DNA of 64,000 bases from an uncultured delta proteobacterium (lineage in GTDB: Bacteria > Desulfobacterota > Binatia > UBA9968), in contig CAVUVW010000015.1 of NCBI GenBank assembly GCA_963745035.1, positions 288,001 to 352,000 on the forward strand. The letters are read 5' to 3'. The notes beneath the pieces were generated by a model that was not told where the DNA came from, did no database searches, and saw only the letters and a program-made list of their open reading frames with translations. Both the position numbers and the translations under genes were made by a program. Shown piece after piece: positions 19,386 to 29,311 of the stretch. Each line of letters opens with the position of its first letter. Position 1 is the first letter of the stretch.

Positions 19386-19387
19386 TC

Positions 19388-21212
19388 ATGGAGTTTCTCA
19401 ACCCTGCCGCCCTGCTCGGGCTGCTCGCCCTGCCGCTGCTGCTGATTCCTTACCTGGTAAGGCGCAAGCCGCGCCGCATGGTATTTTCAAGTCTCCTGCT
19501 TTTTCTCGAGGGCGGCACCCGCGCCAGCCGCCCTCTCGGACGCATCAATCTGCCGCCGCTGTTTTTTCTCCAGCTGCTGCTGCTGGCGCTGCTGATCTTG
19601 GCGCTGAGCGAGCCGGTCTTTTCGGTCCGGCCGACCAACGTCGCCTTGGTCCTGGACAACTCGGCGAGCATGCAAGCCGTGGAAGACGGCAAAGCCAGAT
19701 TCGATCTCGCCAAAGAAAAACTCGGCGCCGTCGCCGGCGAGCTCAGCCCGTCCGGGTTGATCGATCTCTACCTGACCGTGCCGCAACTGGCGAAATTCAA
19801 TCGCGACCCGTGGAGCCCGGCCCAGGCGCTCGACGCTGTGGGCAAGCTCGGCGCCTATGACCTGGGCGATGCGCCGATCGACTATGATCAGGCCTTGAAC
19901 CAATTGGTCCGCGAGCAAAAGTACCAGCGCGTTTATTTATTCACCGACCATCCCGCGGCCGAGCAAAGCGCGACAATTCGAGTCGTTTCCATCGGCCGGC
20001 CGCGCGCGAATCTCGCCGTCACCGGCTTTGAGGTTCACCGCAGCTCGCTCGTCGACGCGCGCATGGAGGCAAGCGCGGCCGTGGCCAACTTCTCCGGCCG
20101 TGACGAAAAGATTCAGGTTGTGCTCAAGGCCGGCGACGCCACGTTGGCCAGTCGGGAGATCGCCGTTCCCGCCGACAAGACCTCGACGGTGAATTTTGCC
20201 GGGTTTGCGGAGCGGCCGTACTACGAAATCGAGATCGGCGCGCGCGATGCCTTGGCCCTCGACAATCGCCGTTTCGCCGTCGCTCCCAGATCGCGCAGCC
20301 TGCGCATCCTCGCAGTCACTCCGCGTCCCCAGGCCGCCGCGAGCCTCAAGACCATTCAAGGCGTCAGCGTGGACACGGCGGCCCCCGCCGAATACGGCAA
20401 CGTCGTCCGCGGCGGGCATGATCTTGAGATTTTCCATTACTCGTCGCCCGCGCGCCTGCCGGAAAGCCCCGCGCTGTTTATTTTGCCGCCGGAGAACAGC
20501 TCGCTGGTCGATTTGGGCGCGCCGATGTCAAAGCCCCAGATTTCCGGTTGGCGCGAGCCGCACCGGCTCACCCGTTACGTGAATTTCAGCCTGCTCCGAC
20601 CGACTTACGCCCGGCCGTTGCGGCCGCAAACCGCCGGCCAGGTGATCCTCGAAGGTCCGGGCGGCGCGCTCGCCTTCGCCGTCGAGCAGCGCGGCATCCG
20701 CTATCTCACCCTCGGATTCGATCCCCTGCCGTATCTCGGGCCGCGACAATTTGCCGATGTCGATCTTTACCCTCAACCTTCTCGATTGGTTCTTCGAGAG
20801 CGCCGGGGCGCGGGCTCAGGCGACCGGAGAACCGATTCCGCTCGGCTCCGTCGAGCCGGGCGACTCGCTCACGACTCCCGCGGGTCAAGACGTCGGCCTC
20901 AAGCGCGGCGCCGGCTATTTCCAGCCCACCTTTCAGCAGGGAATTTATCGGCGCAGCCGGGCCGGCGTAAGCGACCTATTCGCCCGCAACTTGGGGGCTA
21001 TCGGCGAATCGGACCTGCGCCACACCACGCCCATCGAGTTGCGCGGCCAGGCGGCGGCCGCCGCCAGCGCCTCGACGCTGTTTTCCTTCTGGCCCTACCT
21101 CGTGCTCGCTTCGCTGCTGCTTTTCATGCTTGAATGGTTTCTCTACCCGCGCTCGCCGCCGGCGCTGTCTGGAGCGCGCCGGGGCTGGCGGCAGATGGTG
21201 GCGCGCCGATGA
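19388..21212 (+). CDS. BatA N-terminal double-TM domain + VWA protein (frameshift near 20750)
   Basis: MEFLNPAALLGLLALPLL...FSSL..LLILALSEP, LVLDNSASM (MIDAS), LFTD; C-terminal ESDL and a TM helix ending LEW in ORF 20751-21212. Confidence 0.82.
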
Positions 21213-23761
21213 CTGCGATGTTCGCGGATATCGTTTTCGCCAAACCGGCCTTTCTCTGGCTGCTTGTGCTCCTGCCGCTGCTTTGGCTGCGCGCGCGCCA
21301 GCGCCGTTTCGCGGTGGTGATCGCCCGCACTTTGATCCTCGCCCTGGTGATTCTCACTCTCGCCGATCCGCAGTCGGCGAGCCAACATTCGCGCCGCCAG
21401 GAGCGCGTCTTCGCCTTCGATGCCTCCGACAGTATTCCCGCTTCGGTGCGGCAGTGGATGAAAAACTCACGCAACGGTCTGTCGGCGCCCGGCAGTGGCG
21501 ATCGCGTTTTCATCTTCGGCTCGAGCGCGGCCGAGGTCGCCGATTGGAGCGCACACCTCGACGGCGACCGATCGAAGGCAGTCGCGATCCAACCCGGGAA
21601 AACCAACCTTGAGAGTGTGTTGCAGGCTGTCTTGGCGCTGCCGCCGGCGCCGCGCAATCTTTACCTGTTCACCGACGGGTGGGAAACCGAAGGAAATATC
21701 GAACGGGTGCTGCCGGCGGTGGCCGCGGCGGGGATCAGAATTCATCCGATAGTACCGGCCGGCCGGCCGGCGATTCCAAATATTGCCGTGACCAAGCTGC
21801 TGGCGCCGACCCAGGGCAGCAGCGGCGAGAGCCTGAACCTCAAAGTCGTGGTCGAGAATCAAAGCGACCAGCCGATCGATGGGACATTGGCGCTGGCGCG
21901 CAACGGCCAGACATTCAAGACCGAGACGGTCAAGGTGGATCCGGGAAGCCAGGTTTTTTCCTTTCAGACTACGCCGGCGGAAGGCGCTTTGACTTCTTTT
22001 CAGGCGGCGTTTACTCCGCGCCAAGCCAACCTCGACAGCTACCCGGCCGACAACCGCGCTTTGGCGTGGGTTTCGGTGCGCGCCAAAGCCAAAGTTCTGC
22101 TGATTAACGGTGCGAGCGGCGCCGGCCGCCACTTGGAAGAAATTCTCAAACGGCAGGGTCTCGACGTCACCGTGCGCGCGCCTGAGAACTCGCCGGCTCC
22201 CACCGGTTATAAAGTTGTCATTTTTAATAACGCCGAGCGCGACAAGTTTTCTTCCGCTTATCTCGCGGCGGTGGAAAAGCACGTCGCCGCCGGCAATGGC
22301 TTTATCATGCTCGGCGCCGATGCGAGCTTTGCGCCCACCAGTTACCGCCAGACGCCGATCGAGCGGGTCTTGCCGGTGGAGCCGAGAGAGCCGCCCAAGC
22401 GCGAAGAAAAAAACCGCGCGATCGTTCTGGTCATCGACAAGTCGGGCAGCATGCGCGACGACAACCGGATCGTCTATGCCAAGGAAGCCGCCAAGGCGGT
22501 CGCGCGCCAACTCAGGGACATCGATCTGCTTGGCGTCGTGGGATTCGATGATGCGCCGTTCGTGGTCGTCTATCTGGAAACCATGGCGCGCCTGCGCGGC
22601 GTGATCGAAACCCAGATTGATAGGCTCAAGCCCGGCGGGCAAACCTACTTTCTCCCTGCCATTCTGGAGGCGAGACGGCAGCTCGAACGGGCCAACGCGA
22701 CGCGTAAGCATATTATTCTGTTGAGCGATGGAGTGACCCGTGGCAGTCAGGGCGAGCTCGTCGATCTGGTCAGCTCGATGAAGAATGATTCCAAGATCAC
22801 GGTTTCAGCCGTGGCGATCAGCACCGAGGCCGACGTCCGGATCATGAAGCGGCTGAGCCAATATGGCGGCGGGTTGTTTCACCACACGATCGACCCCTCG
22901 AGCTTGCCCCAAATCGTTTTGGATCAGCTTCAAGACAAGCCCAAAGATGAGCCGCAGAACGAGGGACCCTGGACGCCCATTCCCGACCGCGGCTCGGAAC
23001 TGTTGGCGGGAGTCGCCGCCCGAGCTTATCCGAGCGTTCTCGGATTTATGGAAACTGACCTCAAGAAGGGCGCACGGATGGACTTGGCGGTCCAGCGCCA
23101 GGATCGCCGCCTGCCGCTCTTGGCGTCGTGGCGCTATGGCCAGGGCAAATCGATCGCATTCACCATGGACTTGGAGGGCCGCTGGAGCCGGAACTGGATT
23201 CCGTGGAGCGGCCTGCAAGGTTTTTGGAATCGGCTCTTGGAATGGCTCGCGCCGCCCGAAGAAAATCTGGTTCCGGCCCATGAAGCCCGGGTGACCTTTT
23301 CGGAAAATCAGTCGGTTCTCGACCTCTCGATCTATGAAGAGGTCGCTGCCAACAGCCAGTACCGTTTCACCCTCAGCGGCAAGTCCAAGGCCGAAGGTAC
23401 GCTTACCAAGCTGGCACCGGGACACTATCAAACTGTCCTGCCGGCGACGGAGCCAGGCGACTACCGGATCGACGTCTCGGAGGATCGGGGTGGCCGGCGG
23501 ATCGCCTTTCCGCCGGTCGGCTATAGCCTTGCCTACTCGTTGAATGGCGAATTGCCGCGGCCGGATTTCAACACGCGCCTGCTCGCCCGCATGGCCGAAG
23601 CCACCGGTGGCGAGATCAACCCGGCCTCCAGTCAGACACAGGCGCAGGTCAGCACAACTAAAAGCTATGCACCGCTGAAACAGCCGTTGATTATCCTGGC
23701 GTTTTGCCTGTTCTTGGTCGAAGTGGCGCTGCGGAAGTTTGTCTTTGCCGAGCCCGATTGA
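21209..23761 (+). CDS. Membrane-anchored double-VWA protein with a GATase-like (DUF1355-type) domain
   Basis: FDASDS, LFTDG.ET, IDKSGSM, LLSDG and LLASWRYGQGKSIAF; N- and C-terminal TM segments. Confidence 0.85.
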   Translation: MTAMFADIVFAKPAFLWLLVLLPLLWLRARQRRFAVVIARTLILALVILTLADPQSASQHSRRQERVFAFDASDSIPASVRQWMKNSRNGLSAPGSGDRVFIFGSSAAEVADWSAHLDGDRSKAVAIQPGKTNLESVLQAVLALPPAPRNLYLFTDGWETEGNIERVLPAVAAAGIRIHPIVPAGRPAIPNIAVTKLLAPTQGSSGESLNLKVVVENQSDQPIDGTLALARNGQTFKTETVKVDPGSQVFSFQTTPAEGALTSFQAAFTPRQANLDSYPADNRALAWVSVRAKAKVLLINGASGAGRHLEEILKRQGLDVTVRAPENSPAPTGYKVVIFNNAERDKFSSAYLAAVEKHVAAGNGFIMLGADASFAPTSYRQTPIERVLPVEPREPPKREEKNRAIVLVIDKSGSMRDDNRIVYAKEAAKAVARQLRDIDLLGVVGFDDAPFVVVYLETMARLRGVIETQIDRLKPGGQTYFLPAILEARRQLERANATRKHIILLSDGVTRGSQGELVDLVSSMKNDSKITVSAVAISTEADVRIMKRLSQYGGGLFHHTIDPSSLPQIVLDQLQDKPKDEPQNEGPWTPIPDRGSELLAGVAARAYPSVLGFMETDLKKGARMDLAVQRQDRRLPLLASWRYGQGKSIAFTMDLEGRWSRNWIPWSGLQGFWNRLLEWLAPPEENLVPAHEARVTFSENQSVLDLSIYEEVAANSQYRFTLSGKSKAEGTLTKLAPGHYQTVLPATEPGDYRIDVSEDRGGRRIAFPPVGYSLAYSLNGELPRPDFNTRLLARMAEATGGEINPASSQTQAQVSTTKSYAPLKQPLIILAFCLFLVEVALRKFVFAEPD

Positions 23762-23868
23762 CACAACATCTTTAGAGTTCCGCCAATCGCCTTAAACCGC
23801 CAGACTCTCTGTTTTTTCGTTTGACACCAAAGCCGAAACCAATTAAAACTCAAAAATCCTTTTTAATT

Positions 23869-25293
23869 ATGCGGCTTAGGTCGACAGCAAGGCAACTCAT
23901 CCCAGTGGCTCTCCAAGCGGAGGCGCGGCGGGATTTTTTTCACGGCCAGATTAACAAACTGGCATGGTTTTTTGCTGTGGCCGCGGCTTTTGCTGTCAAC
24001 GCCCCCGACGCCCACGCTTCCAAGCAACAAGCCGCTCGCAAAGAAGCCGTCAAAAGCAAAACCAACCCAGCGCCCTCGTCGACCGGAAAGATCGCGTCGG
24101 CGCAACCGCGAAAAACCTGGATGCGTTCACCCCTGCCGGAGCCGATTGATCCGTTTGAGACCCGCGAGCACACGCTGCACCGGGTGCGGCAGGGTGAAAC
24201 AGTCTCCGACATGCTCGGTCGCTACGCGCTTCCGGAAGTTGAGAAGCGACTCTGGCTACGCGCCCTCACCCGTGACATTGGCCGGCGGCCCCTGCCGGTG
24301 GGCAGGGAAGTTCATCTTTATTTCGCCAAGCCCACTCTGACCCGGGCTAAACCGGGCTCTCCCGGCCAGCTAAAGGCCCTGGAGTTCGACCAAGACGACG
24401 CCTTCACCCTCGCCTGGGAAAAAGGCATGAGAGGAATTCTTTTTCAGCGCCGGGAAAAGCCCTACGACGTTGAAATCAAATCGATCAGCGCCGAGGTCGA
24501 AACCTCGTTGTTCGAAGACGGCCGCAGGGCCGGGGTGCATCCGGCTTTGCTCTCGCAGCTCGCCGACATCTTTACCTGGGACGTCGACCTGAGCAAAGCC
24601 GTGGGCAAGGGCGATACCTTTAAGATCCTTTACGAGCAGCGCAGCCGAAAGGGCCGGGAGAGCAATCTGGCGATGCGCATCCTCGCTGCCGAGCTCAACA
24701 ATGCCGGCCAAAAGCACACCGCGGTTTATTTCGAGAAGCAAAAGGGCCAGGGTAATTATTACAACTTGGAAGGCCGCAGCCTGGCGCGGGCCTTCCTCCG
24801 CTTTCCGCTTGAGTTCACGAGCATTACTTCGCATTTCACCGAATCTCGCTTTCATCCCATTTTAAAGACTACCTTGCCGCACATGGGGGTGGACTTCGCC
24901 GCTCAAAGAGGCACGCCGGTCCGCGCCGTCGGTGACGGCGTCATCAGCGAAGCGGGCTGGAACGGTCGCTACGGCAAGACAATCGATATCAAGCACGACG
25001 CCACGTACACCAGCCGCTATGCCCATTTGCACGGTTTTGCCCCGGGAATTCAGGCGGGGACAAGCGTCATCAAAGGACAAATTATCGGCTACGTCGGCTC
25101 GACCGGCAGAGCCACTGGCCCGCATCTTCACTTCGAGCTCTACAAAGACCAGCAGTTTATTGACCCCCTGAGCGTCGATTTTCCCGCCGAAGAAAGCATC
25201 GAGCCAGCGTTGCAAAAGATCTTTGAGACTCAAACTCACACGTATCTCGTCGAGCTTTCCGCGCTTCCCCTGGTCTCCTCTCCGCAATCGTAA
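23869..25293 (+). CDS. M23 family peptidoglycan DD-endopeptidase (MepM-like); start uncertain
   Basis: RFHPIL, HMGVDFAA..GTPV, YAHL and TGPHLHFE. The TTG at 23821 is more likely a -35 box (TTGACA-N17-TAAAAC). Confidence 0.9.
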   Translation: MRLRSTARQLIPVALQAEARRDFFHGQINKLAWFFAVAAAFAVNAPDAHASKQQAARKEAVKSKTNPAPSSTGKIASAQPRKTWMRSPLPEPIDPFETREHTLHRVRQGETVSDMLGRYALPEVEKRLWLRALTRDIGRRPLPVGREVHLYFAKPTLTRAKPGSPGQLKALEFDQDDAFTLAWEKGMRGILFQRREKPYDVEIKSISAEVETSLFEDGRRAGVHPALLSQLADIFTWDVDLSKAVGKGDTFKILYEQRSRKGRESNLAMRILAAELNNAGQKHTAVYFEKQKGQGNYYNLEGRSLARAFLRFPLEFTSITSHFTESRFHPILKTTLPHMGVDFAAQRGTPVRAVGDGVISEAGWNGRYGKTIDIKHDATYTSRYAHLHGFAPGIQAGTSVIKGQIIGYVGSTGRATGPHLHFELYKDQQFIDPLSVDFPAEESIEPALQKIFETQTHTYLVELSALPLVSSPQS

Positions 25294-25420
25294 GTCCGTA
25301 CCGGTGGCTAGCCGTCTCGCGGCCGTCCCGGAAACTGTAAAATCATTGCGCCTAATGCTTGCGTGCCTGGGCAGAGAATCGGTTTCGCGACCGCCAGGGT
25401 GCCGTCAATCCTAATTGAGC

Positions 25421-25891
25421 ATGCGTCAAATCATACGTAATTTTATCCTGCTGCTCGCGAGCGGCGCCGGAATCGGTTATTTGCCGCGCATGCCCGGCAC
25501 CTTGGGAACGTTGGTTGGCCTGCCGGTGTCACTCGCCATCAACCGCTTGGAGCAGGCCTACCCGCTGCTTGGCATGGGCGCGCTCGTGGGCCTGGCCGTC
25601 GTCGCGATCGTTGTCGCCGGCCATGCGGCACGTCTTTTGAGCGCGAAAGATCCGCAAATCATCGTCATCGATGAAATCGCCGGCTTCGCCCTGGCCAACT
25701 TTCTCAGCGACACTGCGACGGCGATCGTTGGCGCGTTTGTCTTGTTTCGTCTTTTTGATATTGCCAAAGTATATCCCGCGCGCCGGCTCGAAAGACTGAC
25801 CGGCGGCGCCGGAGTCGTATTGGATGATCTGCTCGCGGGACTTTACGTTTTCGTGATTTTACGCCTGCTTTCCTGGATGGGGCTGCTATGA
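25421..25891 (+). CDS. pgpA: Phosphatidylglycerophosphatase A
   Basis: PGTLGT, KDPQIIVIDEIAG, FRLFDIAK and GVVLDDLLAG. Confidence 0.93.
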   Translation: MRQIIRNFILLLASGAGIGYLPRMPGTLGTLVGLPVSLAINRLEQAYPLLGMGALVGLAVVAIVVAGHAARLLSAKDPQIIVIDEIAGFALANFLSDTATAIVGAFVLFRLFDIAKVYPARRLERLTGGAGVVLDDLLAGLYVFVILRLLSWMGLL

Positions 25892-27126
25892 AGACCAGCG
25901 CGGTAATCCTCAGCACCGGCGACGAGCTCACCACCGGCAGGGTCGTGGACACCAACTCGGCCGTAATCGCGGAACGCCTCTACTCGGTCGGGATCAATGT
26001 CGCCGCCGTGCTCAAAGTCGGCGACGACCGGGAAAGACTCGGCTGGGCGTTGGATCAGGCCCGCAACCTGGGCGATGTGATCATCGGCACGGGTGGACTC
26101 GGCCCCACGGCCGATGATTTAAGCGCCGCAGCGGTGGCGGAATTTCTCGGCTGCCGGTTAGTGCAAGACGAGGCGGTGGCACGGGGCCTCAAGGAACGCT
26201 TTAAAGCGCGCGGCATCCCCTGGACGGAAAACAACCTCAAACAGGCGCTTTTCCCGCAAGGCGCGCTCATCATCGCCAACCCCGTCGGCACCGCGCCGGG
26301 ATTTCGCGTGAGCGTGGCGCCCGGCAAAGATCTCGTTTGGCTCTCCGGCGTGCCCGAGGAAATGACCGCCATGTTCGATGCCACGGTCATGCCCTGGCTC
26401 CGCTCAGAGTGCGGAGAGAGAAATGAGATTTACTCCCGCGCATTTAAAATCTATGGACTGACGGAATCGAAGCTCGACAGTCTGGTAAGACCGATCGCCT
26501 TGTCTTCCCGTGAAAAACTTTCCTTTCGCGCCCACTTTCCGGACCTGACCCTGCGCTTGACGGCACTGGGAGAGCGCCGCGACGAGGGGAATTTCGTCAC
26601 GCGCTGCGAGCAAATTCGCGGCGTTCTCGGCTCGCACATCTACGCCGAGGGCGACGTGACGATGGAGGAAGAGGTCGGACGGCTCCTGGCGGAAAAAAAA
26701 TCTACTCTTGCCCTGGCGGAGTCCTGCACCGGCGGTTTGATCAGCCGGCGCATCGCGCGCATCGCCGGCAGCTCGGCCTATTATCTGGGCGGCGTGGTGA
26801 GTTATGCCAACGGCGCCAAGATCGAGTTGCTCGGCGTCAAGCCTGACACTTTGGAAAAATACGGCGCGGTGAGCGAGCAAACGGCTAAGGAAATGGCGCG
26901 GGGCATACGCGAAAGAACCGGCGCGACCGTCGCGCTCAGCGTTACCGGCATCGCCGGCCCCTCGGGCGGAAGCCCGGAAAAGCCGGTGGGAACCGTGTGG
27001 ATGAGCATCGCCCAAGCGGGCGGCGAAGAAGCGCGCCGGTTTCATTTTTTCGGCAACCGCGAGCGCGTCATTCTCGGCGCCTCCCAAGCCGGCCTCAACT
27101 GGCTGCGAGCCGCTCTCCTGACCTAG
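25888..27126 (+). CDS. cinA: Competence/damage-inducible protein CinA (MoCF-like + NMN deamidase)
   Basis: GDELTTG..DTN, GGLGPTADD, GTAPG, AESCTGG, GAVS and TGIAGPSGG. Confidence 0.94.
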   Translation: MKTSAVILSTGDELTTGRVVDTNSAVIAERLYSVGINVAAVLKVGDDRERLGWALDQARNLGDVIIGTGGLGPTADDLSAAAVAEFLGCRLVQDEAVARGLKERFKARGIPWTENNLKQALFPQGALIIANPVGTAPGFRVSVAPGKDLVWLSGVPEEMTAMFDATVMPWLRSECGERNEIYSRAFKIYGLTESKLDSLVRPIALSSREKLSFRAHFPDLTLRLTALGERRDEGNFVTRCEQIRGVLGSHIYAEGDVTMEEEVGRLLAEKKSTLALAESCTGGLISRRIARIAGSSAYYLGGVVSYANGAKIELLGVKPDTLEKYGAVSEQTAKEMARGIRERTGATVALSVTGIAGPSGGSPEKPVGTVWMSIAQAGGEEARRFHFFGNRERVILGASQAGLNWLRAALLT

Positions 27127-27136
27127 CCGTTTTGCC

Positions 27137-27700
27137 GTGATTCGCGCCTTCATTGCAGTCACACTCAACTCCGCGGTCATCGAAAAAATCGCTGGCGCAA
27201 GCACACAGCTTAGAGCGGAAATCCCTGGGGTGCGCTGGGTGGCACCTGCGAATTTTCATTTGACGGTCAAATTTTTGGGTAGCATCGACGAGGCGTTGAT
27301 CGAGCGAATCCAGAAGACCCTCGAGCAGCAACTTCGCCTCTTTCCGCGCTTCACCATTAGTGCTAAAGGACTAGGAGTATTTCCTGGCCCCAAACGACCG
27401 CGTGTGTTATGGGTCGGCTTGAATAGCGACCGTCTGATTTCGTTGGCTTCGCGAGTGGAATCTGCGCTGCAGCCGCTTGGCTTTGCGGCGGAGAGCAGAG
27501 CGTTCACGCCGCATTTAACGATCGGACGCTGGCGTCAGACCGATGTTCCGCCGGAATCATTGGGGCGGCAATTGGAAAACTGGAAGGCGTATGACTTCGG
27601 CGCATCCCGTGTGGAATGCGTGAAGGTCATTCAAAGCCTGCTCAAACCCGACGGCGCAAGTTACGCCGATTTAGCTACGATTCCGCTCAAGGTAGAATGA
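27137..27700 (+). CDS. thpR: RNA 2',3'-cyclic phosphodiesterase (2H family)
   Basis: RAFIA; two HxT motifs ([15 protein letters not shown]); PRVLWVG. Confidence 0.92.
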   Translation: MIRAFIAVTLNSAVIEKIAGASTQLRAEIPGVRWVAPANFHLTVKFLGSIDEALIERIQKTLEQQLRLFPRFTISAKGLGVFPGPKRPRVLWVGLNSDRLISLASRVESALQPLGFAAESRAFTPHLTIGRWRQTDVPPESLGRQLENWKAYDFGASRVECVKVIQSLLKPDGASYADLATIPLKVE

Positions 27701-27725
27701 ACCGGCGCGGCGAAGGAGACGACTG

Positions 27726-28790
27726 ATGGATGTAAATCGAGAAAAGGCAATCGACTTGGCGGTCAGCCAGATCGAGCGGCAGTTCGGCAAAGGCGCCATC
27801 ATGAAGCTCGGCGAGGGCGGCGTGGTCAAAGATGTGCCGGTGGTTTCGACCGGGTCGCTCGGTCTCGATATCGCGCTCGGGATTGGCGGCGTGCCGCGCG
27901 GCCGCGTAGTGGAGATCTATGGCCCTGAGTCGTCGGGCAAGACGACGCTGGCGCTACAAATCGTTGCGGAAGCGCAGAAACTCGGCGGCATGGGCGCATA
28001 CATCGATGCCGAGCACGCGTTGGATCTAGGTTATGCGAAGAAACTCGGCGTCCAGACCGATGACCTGCTCGTCTCACAACCCGATCATGGCGAGCAGGCT
28101 TTAGAGATCGCCGAGACTCTGGTGCGCAGCGGCGCCATCGACGTGCTCGTGATCGATTCCGTGGCCGCTCTCGTCCCCAAAGCGGAAATCGAGGGCGAGA
28201 TGGGCGATTCCCATATGGGCCTGCAAGCGCGGCTCATGTCGCAGGCTTTGCGAAAATTGACCGGAACCATTGCCCGCTCGATGACGGTCGTCATCTTCAT
28301 CAACCAGATTCGCATGAAGATCGGCGTGATGTTCGGCAATCCGGAAACTACAACGGGGGGCAACGCCCTCAAATTCTACGCGTCCGTGCGCATGGACATC
28401 CGACGTATCGGCGCGCTCAAAGACGGCGACAATGTGATCGGCGGACGAACCCGCGTGAAAGTCGTAAAGAACAAAGTGGCGCCGCCGTTCAAGGAAGCCG
28501 AATTCGATATTCTTTACGGCGTGGGCATTTCCCGCGACGGCGAGATTGTCGACCTCGGCAGCGAGAGCGGCATCGTCGAGAAAAGTGGCGCATGGTACTC
28601 CTACGGGAGCGAGAGAATAGGCCAAGGCCGGGAAGCCGCGAAGCAGTTTCTTAAGGACCACCCGGAGACCGCAAGCGAGATCATGGGTAAAGTTATGGAA
28701 AAAACAGGCGTGAAACGGACCGCGCCCGAGGCTCCTGCGGCCAATACTCCCGCTGGAGCGGATAAAAAGGAAAAGGCCAGGGGAAGATAG
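27726..28790 (+). CDS. recA: Recombinase RecA
   Basis: [16 protein letters not shown] and [28 protein letters not shown]. Confidence 0.99.
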   Translation: MDVNREKAIDLAVSQIERQFGKGAIMKLGEGGVVKDVPVVSTGSLGLDIALGIGGVPRGRVVEIYGPESSGKTTLALQIVAEAQKLGGMGAYIDAEHALDLGYAKKLGVQTDDLLVSQPDHGEQALEIAETLVRSGAIDVLVIDSVAALVPKAEIEGEMGDSHMGLQARLMSQALRKLTGTIARSMTVVIFINQIRMKIGVMFGNPETTTGGNALKFYASVRMDIRRIGALKDGDNVIGGRTRVKVVKNKVAPPFKEAEFDILYGVGISRDGEIVDLGSESGIVEKSGAWYSYGSERIGQGREAAKQFLKDHPETASEIMGKVMEKTGVKRTAPEAPAANTPAGADKKEKARGR

Positions 28791-28830
28791 TTTTCAACCT
28801 ATTCTGGCTAGAAGAAAAGAGAGAAGCAGC

Positions 28831-29304
28831 TTGGAGCTGCCCGGCTCCGAAGCAGATGCGTTGCGAGTGGCGCTGCGCTACCTAGGATACCGCTCACGCA
28901 GCGAGGCCGAAGTTCGACGGTATCTAAGCCGGCGCGGTTGCGCGCGTGGCGCCGCCGATTCAGTCATCGAAAAACTGCGTTCCCTGCACTATTTGAACGA
29001 CGAGAGTTTCGCGCACGGCTGGGCGCTCGGGCGCGCTCGAGAGCGCGGTTACGGTCCTCATCGGATCGAGCAGGAATTGAGGAGCAAGGGTATCGGCCTA
29101 CCTCTGATCCGGGACGCGCTGCGCGATACCTTCGACCAAGTCGACGAAACGGAGCGCGCCAAAGGGCTCTTGGCCAGACATTTCAAAGGCAGCGATCTTA
29201 CCGAGCCCAGAATATTGCGCCGCGCGGCGGCCTTTTTACACCGCCGCGGCTATGGCAGCAAAGTGATTTTTAATTTGCTACGCTATTCTATAGAAGATGA
29301 TTGA
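28831..29304 (+). CDS. recX: Regulatory protein RecX
   Basis: Directly after recA; ALRYLGYRSRSEAE, YLNDESFA, IEQELRSKGI and FLHRRGY. Confidence 0.9.
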   Translation: MELPGSEADALRVALRYLGYRSRSEAEVRRYLSRRGCARGAADSVIEKLRSLHYLNDESFAHGWALGRARERGYGPHRIEQELRSKGIGLPLIRDALRDTFDQVDETERAKGLLARHFKGSDLTEPRILRRAAAFLHRRGYGSKVIFNLLRYSIEDD

Positions 29305-29311
29305 CAGAGCC

